Assembly (NCBI GenBank): GCA_964016885.1 | Contig: OZ024743.1 | Coordinates: 47,802,001-47,866,000, forward strand | Length of the DNA stretch: 64,000 nt | Source: Eledone cirrhosa | Taxonomy: Eukaryota | Direction: 5' to 3' | Shown: piece after piece, positions 51,301 through 64,000 of the stretch | How positions within the stretch are numbered: the first letter of the stretch is position 1 | Layout of the letters: each line of letters starts with the position of its first letter | Translations under genes and position numbers: made by a program | The notes under the pieces: generated by a model | What the model was told of the DNA's origin: nothing | The model's input: the letters and a program-made list of their open reading frames with translations, nothing else | The model's database searches: none

Positions 51301-54300
51301 AAAGGATGCAGTGTCTTGACAGCTAACAACTGATGCTGGTAGTTTGTTCCAGGGAGTTTTTAAAGGATGCAGTGTCTTGACAGCTAACAACTGATGCAGG
51401 TAGTTTGTTCTATGGAGGTTTTAAAGGATGCAGTGTCTTGACAGCTAACAACTGATGCAGGTAGTTTGTTCCACGGTGGTTTTAAAGGATGCAGTGTCTT
51501 GACAGCTAACAACTGATGCAGGTAGTTTGATCCATGGAGGTTTTAAAGGATGCAGTGTCTTGACAGCTAACAACTGATGCTGGTAGTTTGTTCCATGGAG
51601 GTTTTAAAGGATGCAGTGTCTTGACAGCTAACAATTAATGCAGGTAGTTTGTTCCATGGAGGCTTTAAAGGATGCAGTGTCTCGACAGCTAACAACTGAT
51701 GCAGGTAGTTTGTTCCATGGAGGTTTTAAAGGATGCAGTTTCTTGACAGCTAACAACTGATGCAGGTAGTTTGTTCCATGGAGGTTTTAAAGGATGCAGT
51801 GTCTCGGCAGCTAACAACTGATGCAGGTAGTTTGTTCCATGGAGGCTTTAAAGGATGCAGTGTCTCGGCAGCTGACAACTGATGCAGGTAGTTTGTTCCA
51901 TGGAGGTTTTAAAGGATGCAGTGTCTTGACAGCTAACAACTGATCCAGGTAGTTTGTTTCATGGAGGTTTTAAAGGATGCACTATCTTGACAGCTAACAA
52001 TTAATGCAGGTAGTTTGTTCCATGGAGGCTTTAAAGGATGCAGTGTCTTGACAGCTAACAACTGATGCAGGTAGTTTGTTCCATGGAGGTTTTAAAGGAT
52101 GCAGTGTCTTGACAGCTAACAACTGATGCAGGTAGTTTGTTCCATGGAGGTTTTAAAGAATGCAGTGTCTTGACAGATAACAACTGATGCAGGTAGTGTG
52201 TTCCATGGAGGTTTTAAAGGATGCAGTGTCTTGACAGCTAACAACTGATGCAGATAGTTTGTTCCATGGAGGTTTTAAAGGATGCAGTGTCTTGACAGCT
52301 AACAACTGATGCAGGTACTTTGTTCAATGGAGGTTTTAAAGGATGCAGTGTCTCGGCAGCTAACAACTGATGCAGGTACTTTGTTCAATGGAGGTTTTAA
52401 AGGATGCAGTGTCTCGGCAGCTGATAACCGATGCAGGTAGTTTGTTCCATGGAGGTTTTAAAGGATGCAGTGTCTTGACAGCTAACAACTGATGCAGGTA
52501 GTTTGTTCCATGGAGGTTTTAAAGGATGCATTGACTCGGCAGCTAATAACTGATGCAGGTAGTTTGTTCCATGGAGGTTTTAAAGGATGCAGTGTCTTGA
52601 TAGCTAACAACTGATGCAGGTAGTTTGTTCCATGGAGGCTTTAAAGGATGCAGTGTCTTGACAGCTAGCAACTGATGCAGGTAGTTTGTTCCATGGAGGT
52701 TTTAAAGGATGCAGTGTCTTGACAGCTAACAACTGATTCAGGTAGTTTGTTCCATGGAGGTTTTAAAGGATGCAGTGTCTTGACAGATAACAACTGATGC
52801 AGGTAGTTTGTTCCATGGAGGTTTTAAAGGATGCAGTGTCTCGGCAGCTAACAACTGATGCAGGTAGTGTCTTCCATGGAGGTTTTAAAGGATGCAGTGT
52901 CTTGACAGCTAACAACTGATGCAGGTAGTTTGATCCATGGAGGTTTTAAAGGATGCAGTGTCTTGACAGCTAACAGCTGATGCTGGTAGTTTGTTCCATG
53001 GAGTTTTTAAAGGATGAAGTGTCTTGACAGCTAACAACTGATGCAGGTAGTTTGTTCTATGGAGGTTTTAAAGGATGCAGTGTCTTGACAGCTAACAACT
53101 GATGCAGGTAGTTTGTTCCACGGTGGTTTTAAAGGATGCAGTGTCTTGACAGCTAACAACTGATGCAGGTAGTTTGATCCATGGAGGTTTTAAAGGATGC
53201 AGTGTCTTGACAGCTAACAACTGATGCTGGTAGTTTGTTCCATGGAGGTTTTAAAGGATGCAGTGTCTTGACAGCTAACAATTAATGCAGGTAGTTTGTT
53301 CCATGGAGGCTTTAAAGGATGCAGTGTCTCGACAGCTAACAACTGATGCAGATAGTTTGTTCCATAGAGGTTTTAAAGGATGCAGTGTCTTGACAGCTAA
53401 CAACTGATGCAGGTACTTTGTTCAATGGAGGTTTTAAAGGATGCAGTGTCTCGGCAGCTAACAACTGATGCAGGTAGTGTGTTCCATGGAGGTTTTAAAG
53501 GATGCAGTGTCTTGACAGCTAACAACTGTTGCAGGTAGTTTGATCCATGGAGGTTTTAAAGGATGCAGTGTCTCGGCAGCTAATAACTGATGCAGGTAGT
53601 TTGTTCCATGGAGGTTTTAAAGGATGCAGTGTCTTGACAGCTAACAACTGATGCAGGTAGTTTCTTCCATGGAGGCTTTAAAGGATGCAGTGTCTTGACA
53701 GCTAACAACTGATGCAGGTAGTTTGTTCCATGGAGGTTTTAAAGGATGCAGTGTCTTGACAGCTAACAACTGATGCAGGTAGTTTGTTCCATGGAGGTTT
53801 TAAAGAATGCAGTGTCTTGACAGATAACAACTGATGCAGGTAGTGTGTTCCATGGAGGTTTTAAAGGATGCAGTGTCTTGACAGCTAACAACTGTTGCAG
53901 GCAGTTTGATGCATGGAGGCTTTAAAGGATGCAGTGTCTTGACAGCTAACAACTGATGCATTTAGTTTGTTCCATGGAGGTTTTAAAGGATGCAGTGTCT
54001 TGACAGCTAACAACTGATGCATGTAGTTTGTTCCATGGAGGTTTTAAAGGATGCAGTGTCTTGACAGCTAACAACTGATGCAGGTAGTTTGTTCCATGGA
54101 GGTTTTAAAGGATGCAGTGTCTTGACAGCTAACAACTGATGCAGGTAGTTTGATCCATGGAGGTTTTAAAGGATGCAGTGTCTTGACAGCTAACAACTGA
54201 TGCTGGTAGTTTGTTCCGTGGAGGTTTTAAAGGATGCAGTGTCTTGACAGCTAACAATTAATGCAGGTAGTTTGTTCCATGGGGGTTTTAAGGATGCAGT

Positions 54301-57300
54301 GTCTCGACAGCTAACAACTGATGCAGGTAGTTTGTTCAATGGAGGTTTTAAAGGATGCAGTGTCTTGACAGCTCACAACTGATGCAGGTAGTTTGTTCCA
54401 TGGAGGCTTTAAAGGATGCAGTGTCTCGGCAGCTAACAACTGATGCAGGTAGTTTGTTCCATGAAGGCTTTAAAGGATGCAGTGTCTTGACAGCTAACAA
54501 CTGATGCAGGTAGTTTGTTCCATGGAGGTTTTAAAGGATGCAGTGTCTTGACAGCTAACAACTGATGCAGGTACTTTGTTCAATGGAGGTTTTAAAGGAT
54601 GCAGTGTCTCGGCAGCTAATAACCGATGCAGGTAGTTTGTTCCATGGAGGTTTTAAAGGATGCAGTGTCTTGACAGCTAACAACTGATGCAGGTAGTTTG
54701 TTCCATGGAGGTTTTAAAGGATGCATTGTCTCGGCAGCTAATAACTGATGCAGGTAGTTTCTTCCATGGAGGTTTTAAAGGATGCAGTGTCTTGATAGCT
54801 AACAACTGATGCAGGTAGTTTGTTCCATGGAGGCTTTAAAGGATGCAGTGTCTTGACAGCTAACAACTGATGCAGGTAGTTTGTTCCATGGAGGTTTTAA
54901 AGGATGCAGTGTCTTGACAGATAACAACTGATGCAGGTAGTTTGTTCCATGGAGGTTTTAAAGGATGCAGTGTCTCGGCAGCTAACAACTGATGCAGGTA
55001 GTGTCTTCCATGGAGGTTTTAAAGGATGCAGTGTCTTGACAGCTAACAACTGATGCAGGTAGTTTGATCCATGGAGGTTTTAAAGGATGCAGTGTCTTGA
55101 CAGCTAACAACTGATGCTGGTAGTTTGTTCCATGGAGTTTTTAAAGGATGCAGTGTCTTGACAGCTAACAACTGATGCAGGTAGTTTGTTCTATGGAGGT
55201 TTTAAAGGATGCAGTGTCTTGACAGCAAACAACTGATGCAGGTAGTTTGTTCGACGGTGGTTTTAAAGGATGCAGTGTCTTGACAGCTAACAACTGATGC
55301 AGGTAGTTTGATCCATGGAGGTTTTAAAGGATGCAGTGTCTTGACAGCTAACAACTGATGCTGGTAGTTTGTTCCATGGAGGTTTTAAAGGATGCAGTGT
55401 CTTGACAGCTAACAATTAATGCAGGTAGTTTGTTCCATGGAGGCTTTAAAGGATGCAGTGTCTCGACAGCTAACAACTGATGCAGGTAGTTTGTTCCATG
55501 GAGGTTTTAAAGGATGCAGTTTCTTGACAGCTAACAACTGATGCAGGTAGTTTGTTCCATGGAGGTTTTAAAGGATGCAGTGTCTCGGCAGCTAACAACT
55601 GATGCAGGTAGTTTGTTCCATGGAGGCTTTAAAGGATGCAGTGTCTCGGCAGCTGACAACTGATGCAGGTAGTTTGTTCCATGGAGGTTTTAAAGGATGC
55701 AGTGTCTTGACAGCTAACAACTGATCCAGGTAGTTTGTTTCATGGAGGTTTTAAAGGATGCAGTGTCTTGACAGCTAACAATTAATGCAGGTAGTTTGTT
55801 CCATGGAGGCTTTAAAGGATGCAGTGTCTTGACAGCTAACAACTGATGCAGGTAGTTTATTCCATGGAGGTTTTAAAGGATGCAGTGTCTTGACAGCTAA
55901 CAACTGATGCAGATAGTTTGTTCCATGGAGGTTTTAAAGGATGCAGTGTCTTGACAGCTAACAACTGATGCAGGTACTTTGTTCAATGGAGGTTTTAAAG
56001 GATGCAGTGTCTCGGCAGCTAACAACTGATGCAGGTAGTGTGTTCCATGGAGGTTTTAAAGGATGCAGTGTCTTGACAGCTAACAACTGTTGCAGGTAGT
56101 TTGATCCATGGAGGTTTTAAAGGATGCAGTGTCTCGGCAGCTAATAACTGATGCAGGTAGTTTGTTCCATGGAGGTTTTAAAGGATGCAGTGTCTTGACA
56201 GCTAACAACTGATGCAGGTAGTTTCTTCCATGGAGGCTTTAAAGGATGCAGTGTCTTGACAGCTAACAACTGATGCAGGTAGTTTGTTCCATGGAGGTTT
56301 TAAAGGATGCAGTGTCTTGACAGCTAACAACTGATGCAGGTAGTTTGTTCCATGGAGGTTTTAAAGAATGCAGTGTCTTGACAGATAACAACTGATGCAG
56401 GTAGTGTGTTCCATGGAGGTTTTAAAGGATGCAGTGTCTTGACAGCTAACAACTGTTGCAGGCAGTTTGATGCATGGAGGCTTTAAAGGATGCAGTGTCT
56501 TGACAGCTAACAACTGATGCATTTAGTTTGTTCCATGGAGGTTTTAAAGGATGCAGTGTCTTGACAGCTAACAACTGATGCAGGTAGTTTGTTCCATGGA
56601 GGTTTTAAAGGATGCAGTGTCTTGACAGCTAACAACTGATGCAGGTAGTTTGTTCCATGGAGGTTTTAAAGAATGCAGTGTCTTGACAGATAACAACTGA
56701 TGCAGGTAGTGTGTTCCATGGAGGTTTTAAAGGATGCAGTGTCTTGACAGCTAACAACTGATGCTGGTAGTTTGTTCCATGGAGGTTTTAAAGGATGCAG
56801 TGTCTTGACAGCTAACAATTAATGCAGGTAGTTTGTTCCATGGAGGCTTTAAAGGATGCAGTGTCTCGACAGCTAACAACTGATGCAGGTAGTTTGTTCC
56901 ATGGAGGTTTTAAAGGATGCAGTTTCTTGACAGCTAACAACTGATGCAGGTAGTTTGTTCCATGGAGGTTTTAAAGGATGCAGTGTCTCGGCAGCTAACA
57001 ACTGATGCAGGTAGTTTGTTCCATGGAGGCTTTAAAGGATGCAGTGTCTCGGCAGCTAACAACTGATGCAGGTAGTTTGTTCCATGGAGGTTTTAAAGGA
57101 TGCAGTGTCTTGACAGCTAACAACTGATCCAGGTAGTTTGTTTCATGGAGGTTTTAAAGGATGCAGTGTCTTGACAGCTAACAATTAATGCAGGTAGTTT
57201 GTTCCATGGAGGCTTTAAAGGATGCAGTGTCTTGACAGCTAACAACTGATGCAGGTAGTTTATTCCATGGAGGTTTTAAAGGATGCAGTGTCTTGACAGC

Positions 57301-60300
57301 TAACAACTGATGCAGATAGTTTGTTCCATGGAGGTTTTAAAGGATGCAGTGTCTTGACAGCTAACAACTGATGCAGGTACTTTGTTCAATGGAGGTTTTA
57401 AAGGATGCAGTGTCTCGGCAGCTAACAACTGATGCAGGTAGTGTGTTCCATGGAGGTTTTAAAGGATGCAGTGTCTTGACAGCTAACAACTGTTGCAGGT
57501 AGTTTGATCCATGGAGGTTTTAAAGGATGCAGTGTCTCGGCAGCTAATAACTGATGCAGGTAGTTTGTTCCATGGAGGTTTTAAAGGATGCAGTGTCTTG
57601 ACAGCTAACAACTGATGCAGGTAGTTTCTTCCATGGAGGCTTTAAAGGATGCAGTGTCTTGACAGCTAACAACTGATGCAGGTAGTTTGTTCCATGGAGG
57701 TTTTAAAGGATGCAGTGTCTTGACAGCTAACAACTGATGCAGGTAGTTTGTTCCATGGAGGTTTTAAAGAATGCAGTGTCTTGACAGATAACAACTGATG
57801 CAGGTAGTGTGTTCCATGGAGGTTTTAAAGGATGCAGTGTCTTGACAGCTAACAACTGTTGCAGGCAGTTTGATGCATGGAGGCTTTAAAGGATGCAGTG
57901 TCTTGACAGCTAACAACTGATGCATTTAGTTTGTTCCATGGAGGTTTTAAAGGATGCAGTGTCTTGACAGCTAACAACTGATGCATGTAGTTTGTTCCAT
58001 GGAGGTTTTAAAGGATGCAGTGTCTTGACAGCTAACAACTGATGCAGGTAGTTTGTTCCATGGGGGTTTTAAGGATGCAGTGTCTCGACAGCTAACAACT
58101 GATGCAGGTAGTTTGTTCCATGGAGGTTTTAAAGGATGCAGTGTCTTGACAGCTCACAACTGATCCAGGTAGTTTGTTCCATGGAGGCTTTAAAGGATGC
58201 AGTGTCTCGGCAGCTAACAACTGATGCAGGTAGTTTGTTCCATGAAGGCTTTAAAGGATGCAGTGTCTTGACAGCTAACAACTGATGCAGGTACTTTGTT
58301 CAATGGAGGTTTTAAAGGATGCAGTGTCTCGGCAGCTAATAACCGATGCAGGTAGTTTGTTCCATGGAGGTTTTAAAGGATGCAGTGTCTTGACAGCTAA
58401 CAACTGATGCAGGTAGTTTGTTCCATGGAGGTTTTAAAGGATGCATTGTCTCGGCAGCTAATAACTGATGCAGGTAGTTTGTTCCATGGAGGTTTTAAAG
58501 GATGCAGTGTCTTGATAGCTAACAACTGATGCAGGTAGTTTGTTCCATGGAGGCTTTAAAGGATGCAGTGTCTTGACAGCTAACAACTGATGCAGGTAGT
58601 TTGTTCCATGGAGGTTTTAAAGGATGCAGTGTCTTGACAGCTAACAACTGATGCAGGTAGTTTGTTCCATGGAGGTTTTAAAGGATGCAGTGTCTTGACA
58701 GATAACAACTGATGCAGGTAGTTTGTTCCATGGAGGTTTTAAAGGATGCAGTGTCTCGGCAGCTAACAACTGATGCAGGTAGTGTCTTCCATGGAGGTTT
58801 TAAAGGATGCAGTGTCTTGACAGCTAACAACTGATGCAGGTAGTTTGATCCATGGAGGTTTTAAAGGATGCAGTGTCTTGACAGCTAACAACTGATGCTG
58901 GTAGTTTGTTCCATGGAGTTTTTAAAGGATGCAGTGTCTTGACAGCTAACAACTGATGCAGGTAGTTTGTTCCACGGTGGTTTTAAAGGATGCAGTGTCT
59001 TGACAGCTAACAACTGATGCAGGTAGTTTGATCCATGGAGGTTTTAAAGGATGCAGTGTCTTGACAGCTAACAACTGATGCTGGTAGTTTGTTCCATGGA
59101 GGTTTTAAAGGATGCAGTGTCTTGACAGCTAACAATTAATGCAGGTAGTTTGTTCCATGGAGGCTTTAAAGGATGCAGTGTCTCGACAGCTAACAACTGA
59201 TGCAGGTAGTTTGTTCCATGGAGGTTTTAAAGGATGCAGTTTCTTGACAGCTAACAACTGATGCAGGTAGTTTGTTCCATGGAGGTTTTAAAGGATGCAG
59301 TGTCTCGGCAGCTAACAACTGATGCAGGTAGTTTGATCCATGGAGGCTTTAAAGGATGCAGTGTCTCGGCAGCTAACAACTGATGCAGGTAGTTTGTTCC
59401 ATGGAGGTTTTAAAGGATGCAGTGTCTTGACAGCTAACAACTGATCCAGGTAGTTTGTTTCATGGAGGTTTTAAAGGATGCAGTGTCTTGACAGCTAACA
59501 ATTAATGCAGGTAGTTTGTTCCATGGAGGCTTTAAAGGATGCAGTGTCTTGACAGCTAACAACTGATGCAGGTAGTTTATTCCATGGAGGTTTTAAAGGA
59601 TGCAGTGTCTTGACAGCTAACAACTGATGCAGATAGTTTGTTCCATGGAGGTTTTAAAGGATGCAGTGTCTCGGCAGCTAACAACTGATGCAGGTAGTGT
59701 GTTCCATGGAGGTTTTAAAGGATGCAGTGTCTTGACAGCTAACAACTGTTGCAGGTAGTTTGATCCATGGAGGTTTTAAAGGATGCAGTGTCTCGGCAGC
59801 TAATAACTGATGCAGGTAGTTTGTTCCATGGAGGTTTTAAAGAATGCAGTGTCTTGACAGATAACAACTGATGCAGGTAGTGTGTTCCATGGAGGTTTTA
59901 AAGGATGCAGTGTCTTGACAGCTAACAACTGTTGCAGGCAGTTTGATGCATGGAGGCTTTAAAGGATGCAGTGTCTTGACAGCTAACAACTGATGCATTT
60001 AGTTTGTTCCATGGAGGTTTTAAAGGATGCAGTGTCTTGACAGCTAACAACTGATGCATGTAGTTTGTTCCATGGAGGTTTTAAAGGATGCAGTGTCTTG
60101 ACAGCTAACAACTGATGCAGGTAGTGTGTTCCATGGAGGTTTTAAAGGATGCAGTGTCTTGACAGCACACAACTGATCCAGGTAGTTTGTTCCATGGAGG
60201 TTTTAAAGGATGCAGTGTCTTGGCAGCTAACAACTGATGCAGGTAGTTTGTTCCATGGAGGTTTTAAAGGATGCAGTGTCTCGGCAGCTAATAACTGATG

Positions 60301-63300
60301 CAGGTAGTTTGTTCAATGGAGGTTTTAAAGGATGCAGTGTCTTGACAGCTAACAACTGATGCAGGTAGTTTGTTCCATGGAGGCTTTAAAGGATGCAGTG
60401 TCTTGACAGCTAACAACTGATGCAGGTAGTTTGTTCCATGGAGGTTTTAAAGGATGCAGTGTCTTGACAGCTAACAACTGATGCAGGTAGTTTGTTCCAT
60501 GGAGGTTTTAAAGGATACAGTGTCTTGACAGATAACAACTGATGCAGGTAGTTTGTTCCATGGAGGTTTTAAAGGATGCAGTGTCTTGACAGCTAACAAA
60601 TGATGCAGGTAGTTTGTTCCATGGAGGTTTTAAAGGATGCAGTGTCTCGACAGCTAACAACTGATGCAGGTAGTTTGTTCCATGGAGGTTTTAAAGGATG
60701 CAGTGTCTCGGCAGCTAACAACTGATGCAGGTAGTGTGTTCCATGGAGGTTTTAAAGGATGCAGTGTCTTGACAGCTAACAACTGTTGCAGGTAGTTTGA
60801 TCCATGGAGGTTTTGAAGGATGCAGTGTCTTGACAGCTAACAACTGATGCTGGTAGTTTGTTCCATGGAGTTTTTAAAGGATGCAGTGTCTTGACAGCTA
60901 ACAACTGATGCATTTAGTTTGTTCCATGGAGGTTTTAAAGGATGCAGTGTCTTGACAGCTAACAACTGATGCATGTAGTTTGTTCCATGGAGGTTTTAAA
61001 GGATGCAGTGTCTTGACAGCTAACAACTGATGCAGGTAGTTTGTTCCATGGAGGTTTTAAAGGATGCAGTGTCTTGACAGCACACAACTGATGCAGGTAG
61101 TTTGCTCCATGGAGATTTTAAAGGATGCAGTGTCTTGACAGCTAACAAATGATGCAGGTAGTTTGTTCCATGGAGGTTTTAAAGGATGCAGTGTCTCGAC
61201 AGCTAACAACTGATGCAGGTAGTTTGTTCCATGGAGGTTTTAAAGGATGCACTATCTTGACAGCTAACAACTGATGCAGGTAGTTTGTTCCATGGAGGTT
61301 TTAAAGGATGCAGTGTCTTGACAGCTAACAACTGATGCAGGTAGTTTGTTCTATGGAGGTTTTAAAGGATGCAGTGTCTTGACAGCTAACAACTGATGCA
61401 GGTAGTTTGTTCCAGGAGGTTTTAAAGGATGTAGTGTCTTGACAGCTAACAACTGATGCAGGTAGTTTGATCCATGGAGGTTTTAAAGGATGCAGTGTCT
61501 TGACAGCTAACAACTGATGCTGGTAGTTTGTTCCGTGTAGGTTTTAAAGGATGCAGTGTCTTGACTGCTAACAATTAATGCAGGTAGTTTGTTCCATGGG
61601 GGATTTAAGGATGCAGTGTCTCGACAGCTAACAACTGATGCAGGTAGTTTGTTCCATGGAGGTTTTAAAGGATGCAGTGTCTTGACAGCTCACAACTGAT
61701 GCAGGTAGTTTGTTCCATGGAGGCTTTAAAGGATGCAGTGTCTCGGCAGCTAACAACTGATGCAGGTAGTTTGTTCCATGAAGGCTTTAAAGGATGCAGT
61801 GTCTTGACAGCTAACAACTGATGCAGGTAGTTTGTTCCATGGAGGTTTTAAAGGATGCAGTGTCTTGACAGCTAACAACTGATGCAGGTACTTTGTTCAA
61901 AGGAGGTTTTAAAGGATGCAGTGTCTCGGCAGCTAATAACCGATGCAGGTAGTTTGTTCCATGGAGGTTTTAAAGGATGCAGTGTCTTGACAGCTAACAA
62001 CTGATGCAGGTAGTTTGTTCCATGGAGGTTTTAAAGGATGCATTGTCTCGGCAGCTAATAACTGATGCACGTAGTTTGTTCCATGGAGGTTTTAAAGGAT
62101 GCAGTGTCTTGATAGCTAACAACTGATGCAGGTAGTTTGTTCCATGGAGGTTTTAAAGGATGCAGTGTCTTGACAGCTAACAACTGATGCAGGTAGTTTG
62201 TTCCACGGTGGTTTTAAAGGATGCAGTGTCTTGACAGCTAACAACTGATGCAGGTAGTTTGTTCCATGGAGGTTTTAAAGGATGCAGTGTCTTGACAGCT
62301 AACAACTGATGCTGGTAGTTTGTTCCATGGAGGTTTTAAAGGATGCAGTGTCTTGACAGCTAACAATTCATGCAGGTAGTTTGTTCCATGGAGGCTTTAA
62401 AGGATGCAGTGTCTCGACAGCTAACAACTGATGCAGGTAGTTTGTTCCATGGAGGTTTTAAAGGATGCAGTTTCTTGACAGCTAACAACTGATGCAGGTA
62501 TTTTTTTCCATGGAGGTTTTAAAGGATGCAGTGTCTCGGCAGCTAACAACTGATGCAGGTAGTTTGTTCCATGGAAGCTTTAAAGGATGCAGTGTCTCGG
62601 CAGCTAACAAGTGATGCAGGTAGTTTGTTCCATGGAGGTTTTAAAGGATGCAGTGTCTTGACAGCTAACAACTGATCCAGGTAGTTTGTTCCATGGAGGT
62701 TTTAAAGGATGCAGTGTCTTGACAGCTGACAATTAATGCAGGTAGTTTGTTCCATGGAGGTTTTAAAGGATGCAGTGTCTTGACAGCTAACAACTGATGC
62801 AGATAGTTTGTTCCATGGAGGTTTTAAAGGATGCAGTGTCTTGACAGCTAACAACTGATGCAGGTACTTTGTTCCATGGAGGTTTTAAAGGATGCAGTGT
62901 CTCGGCAGCTAATAACCGATGCAGGTAGTTTGTTCCATGGAGGTTTTAAAGGATGCAGTGTCTTGACAGCTAACAACTGATGCAGGTAGTTTGTTCCATG
63001 GAGGTTTTAAAGGATGCAGTGTCTCGGCAGCTAATAACTGATGCAGGTAGTTTGTTCCATGGAGGTTTTAAAGGATGCAGTGTCTTGACAGCTAACAACT
63101 GATGCAGGTAGTTTGTTCCATGGAGGCTTTAAAGGATGCAGTGTCTTGACAGCTAACAACTGATGCAGGTAGTTTGTTCCATGGAGGTTTTAAAGGATGC
63201 AGTGTCTTGACAGCTAACAACTGATGCAGGTAGTTTGTTCCATGGAGGTTTTAAAGAATGCAGTGTCTTGACAGATAACAACTGATGCAGGTAGTTTGTT

Positions 63301-64000
63301 CCATGGAGGTTTTAAAGGATGCAGTGTCTTGACAGCTAACAACTGATTCAGGTAGTTTGTTCCATGGAGGTTTTAAAGGATGCAGTGTCTTGACAGCTAA
63401 CAAATGATGCAGGTAGTTTGTTCCATGGAGGTTTTAAAGGATGCAGTGTCTTGTCAGCTAACAACTGATGCAGGTAGTTTGTTCCATGGAGGTTTTAAAG
63501 GATGCAGTGTCTCGGCAGCTAACAACTGATGCAGGTAGTGTGTTCCATGGAGGTTTTAAAGGATGCAGTGTCTTGACAGCTAACAACTGTTGCAGGCAGT
63601 TTGATGCATGGAGGCTTTAAAGGATGCAGTGTCTTGACAGCTAACAACTGATGCAGGTAGTTTGTTCCATGGAGGTTTTAAAGGATGCAGTGTCTTGACA
63701 GCTAACAACTGATGCATGTAGTTTGTTCCATGGAGGTTTTAAAGGATGCAGTGTCTTGACAGCTAACAACTTATGCAGGTAGTTTGTTCCATGGAGGTTT
63801 TAAAGGATGCAGTGTCTTGACAGCACACAACTGATCCAGGTAGTTTGTTCCATGGAGGTTTTAAAGGATGCAGTGTCTTGACAGCTAACAACTGATGCAG
63901 GTAGTTTGTTCCATGGACGCTTTAAAGGATGCAGTGTCTCGGCAGCTAACAACTGATGCATGTAGTTTGTTCCATGGAGGTTTTAAAGGATGCAGTGTCT
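42350..64000. repeat. HOR domain C: irregular 37-62-monomer higher-order repeat with more heterogeneous flanks
   Basis: The 60-bp monomer ATGGGGGTTTTAAGG occurs at ~45681, 47937, 50498, 54279, 58060 and 61596 (37, 42, 62, 62, 58 monomers apart). Other markers are CCGTGG, CCACGGTGG, GTGTCTTCC, TGTTGCAGGCAGTTTGATGC, CATTGACTCGG and TTTATTCC. Confidence 0.8.

Larger units (their letters stand above)
1..64000. repeat. 61-bp tandem satellite array, ~1049.5 copies, head-to-tail, same orientation throughout, truncated by both window edges
   Basis: The motif shifts by 1 nt per 60-nt line, giving a period of 61. The first TCCATGGAGG is at 1 and the last at 63971. The 63970-nt distance equals 1049x61 minus 19, and the small indels counted by eye sum to -19 (8x -2, 1x +1, 9x -1, 4x +1, 3x +1, 2x -1). 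Most monomers differ from consensus by only 0-4 substitutions. Confidence 0.99.

Noticed and set aside
623-61513. 17 minus-strand ORFs of 62-90 aa (MLAVKTLHPLKPPWNK...)
   Set aside because: Each is the satellite translated through an indel monomer that skips the stop-containing frame. Nearly all start at TTG, and none has a recognisable domain or gene context. They serve only as HOR markers.
1-64000. CRISPR array (61 bp equals the type I-E repeat-plus-spacer period)
   Set aside because: There are no unique spacers: all 61 positions repeat and variants are spread over the whole unit. There is no resemblance to the type I-E repeat, and no leader or cas genes.
1-64000. Embedded transposon, inversion, telomeric repeat, or tRNA/5S/spliced-leader gene array
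   Set aside because: Phase accounting leaves no room for inserted sequence and I saw no reverse-orientation monomers. I recognise no telomeric motif, cloverleaf, pol III A/B boxes or Sm-site architecture, though no covariance-model search was run.
1-64000. Rolling-circle or concatemer sequencing artefact of a single 61-mer
   Set aside because: Variants recur in ordered, domain-specific multi-kb patterns, not as random errors. This implies real duplication history, although local misassembly cannot be excluded.

Overview
The whole 64 kb window is one uninterrupted, head-to-tail, single-orientation tandem array of a 61-bp monomer (consensus TCCATGGAGGTTTTAAAGGATGCAGTGTCTTGACAGCTAACAACTGATGCAGGTAGTTTGT, ~43% GC). 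There are 1049 complete monomers plus a half, and the array runs off both ends. I see no genes, RNA genes, transposon insertions, inversions or CRISPR spacers. All ORFs in the track are by-products of the repeat. The structure lies in the pattern of variant monomers. These define irregular higher-order repeats (HORs) of about 37-62 monomers (2.3-3.8 kb) in three domains with different diagnostic variants: A ~0.66-31.4 kb, B ~31.4-42.35 kb and C ~42.35-64 kb. There are also nested duplications and a mappable recombination or conversion junction, and the left edge shares a haplotype with the far right of the window. This organisation is typical of eukaryotic satellite DNA (centromeric, pericentromeric or subtelomeric; inference). 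I do not recognise the monomer as a named family, and I found no support for a new gene-based system. The functional ideas listed are low-confidence hypotheses.
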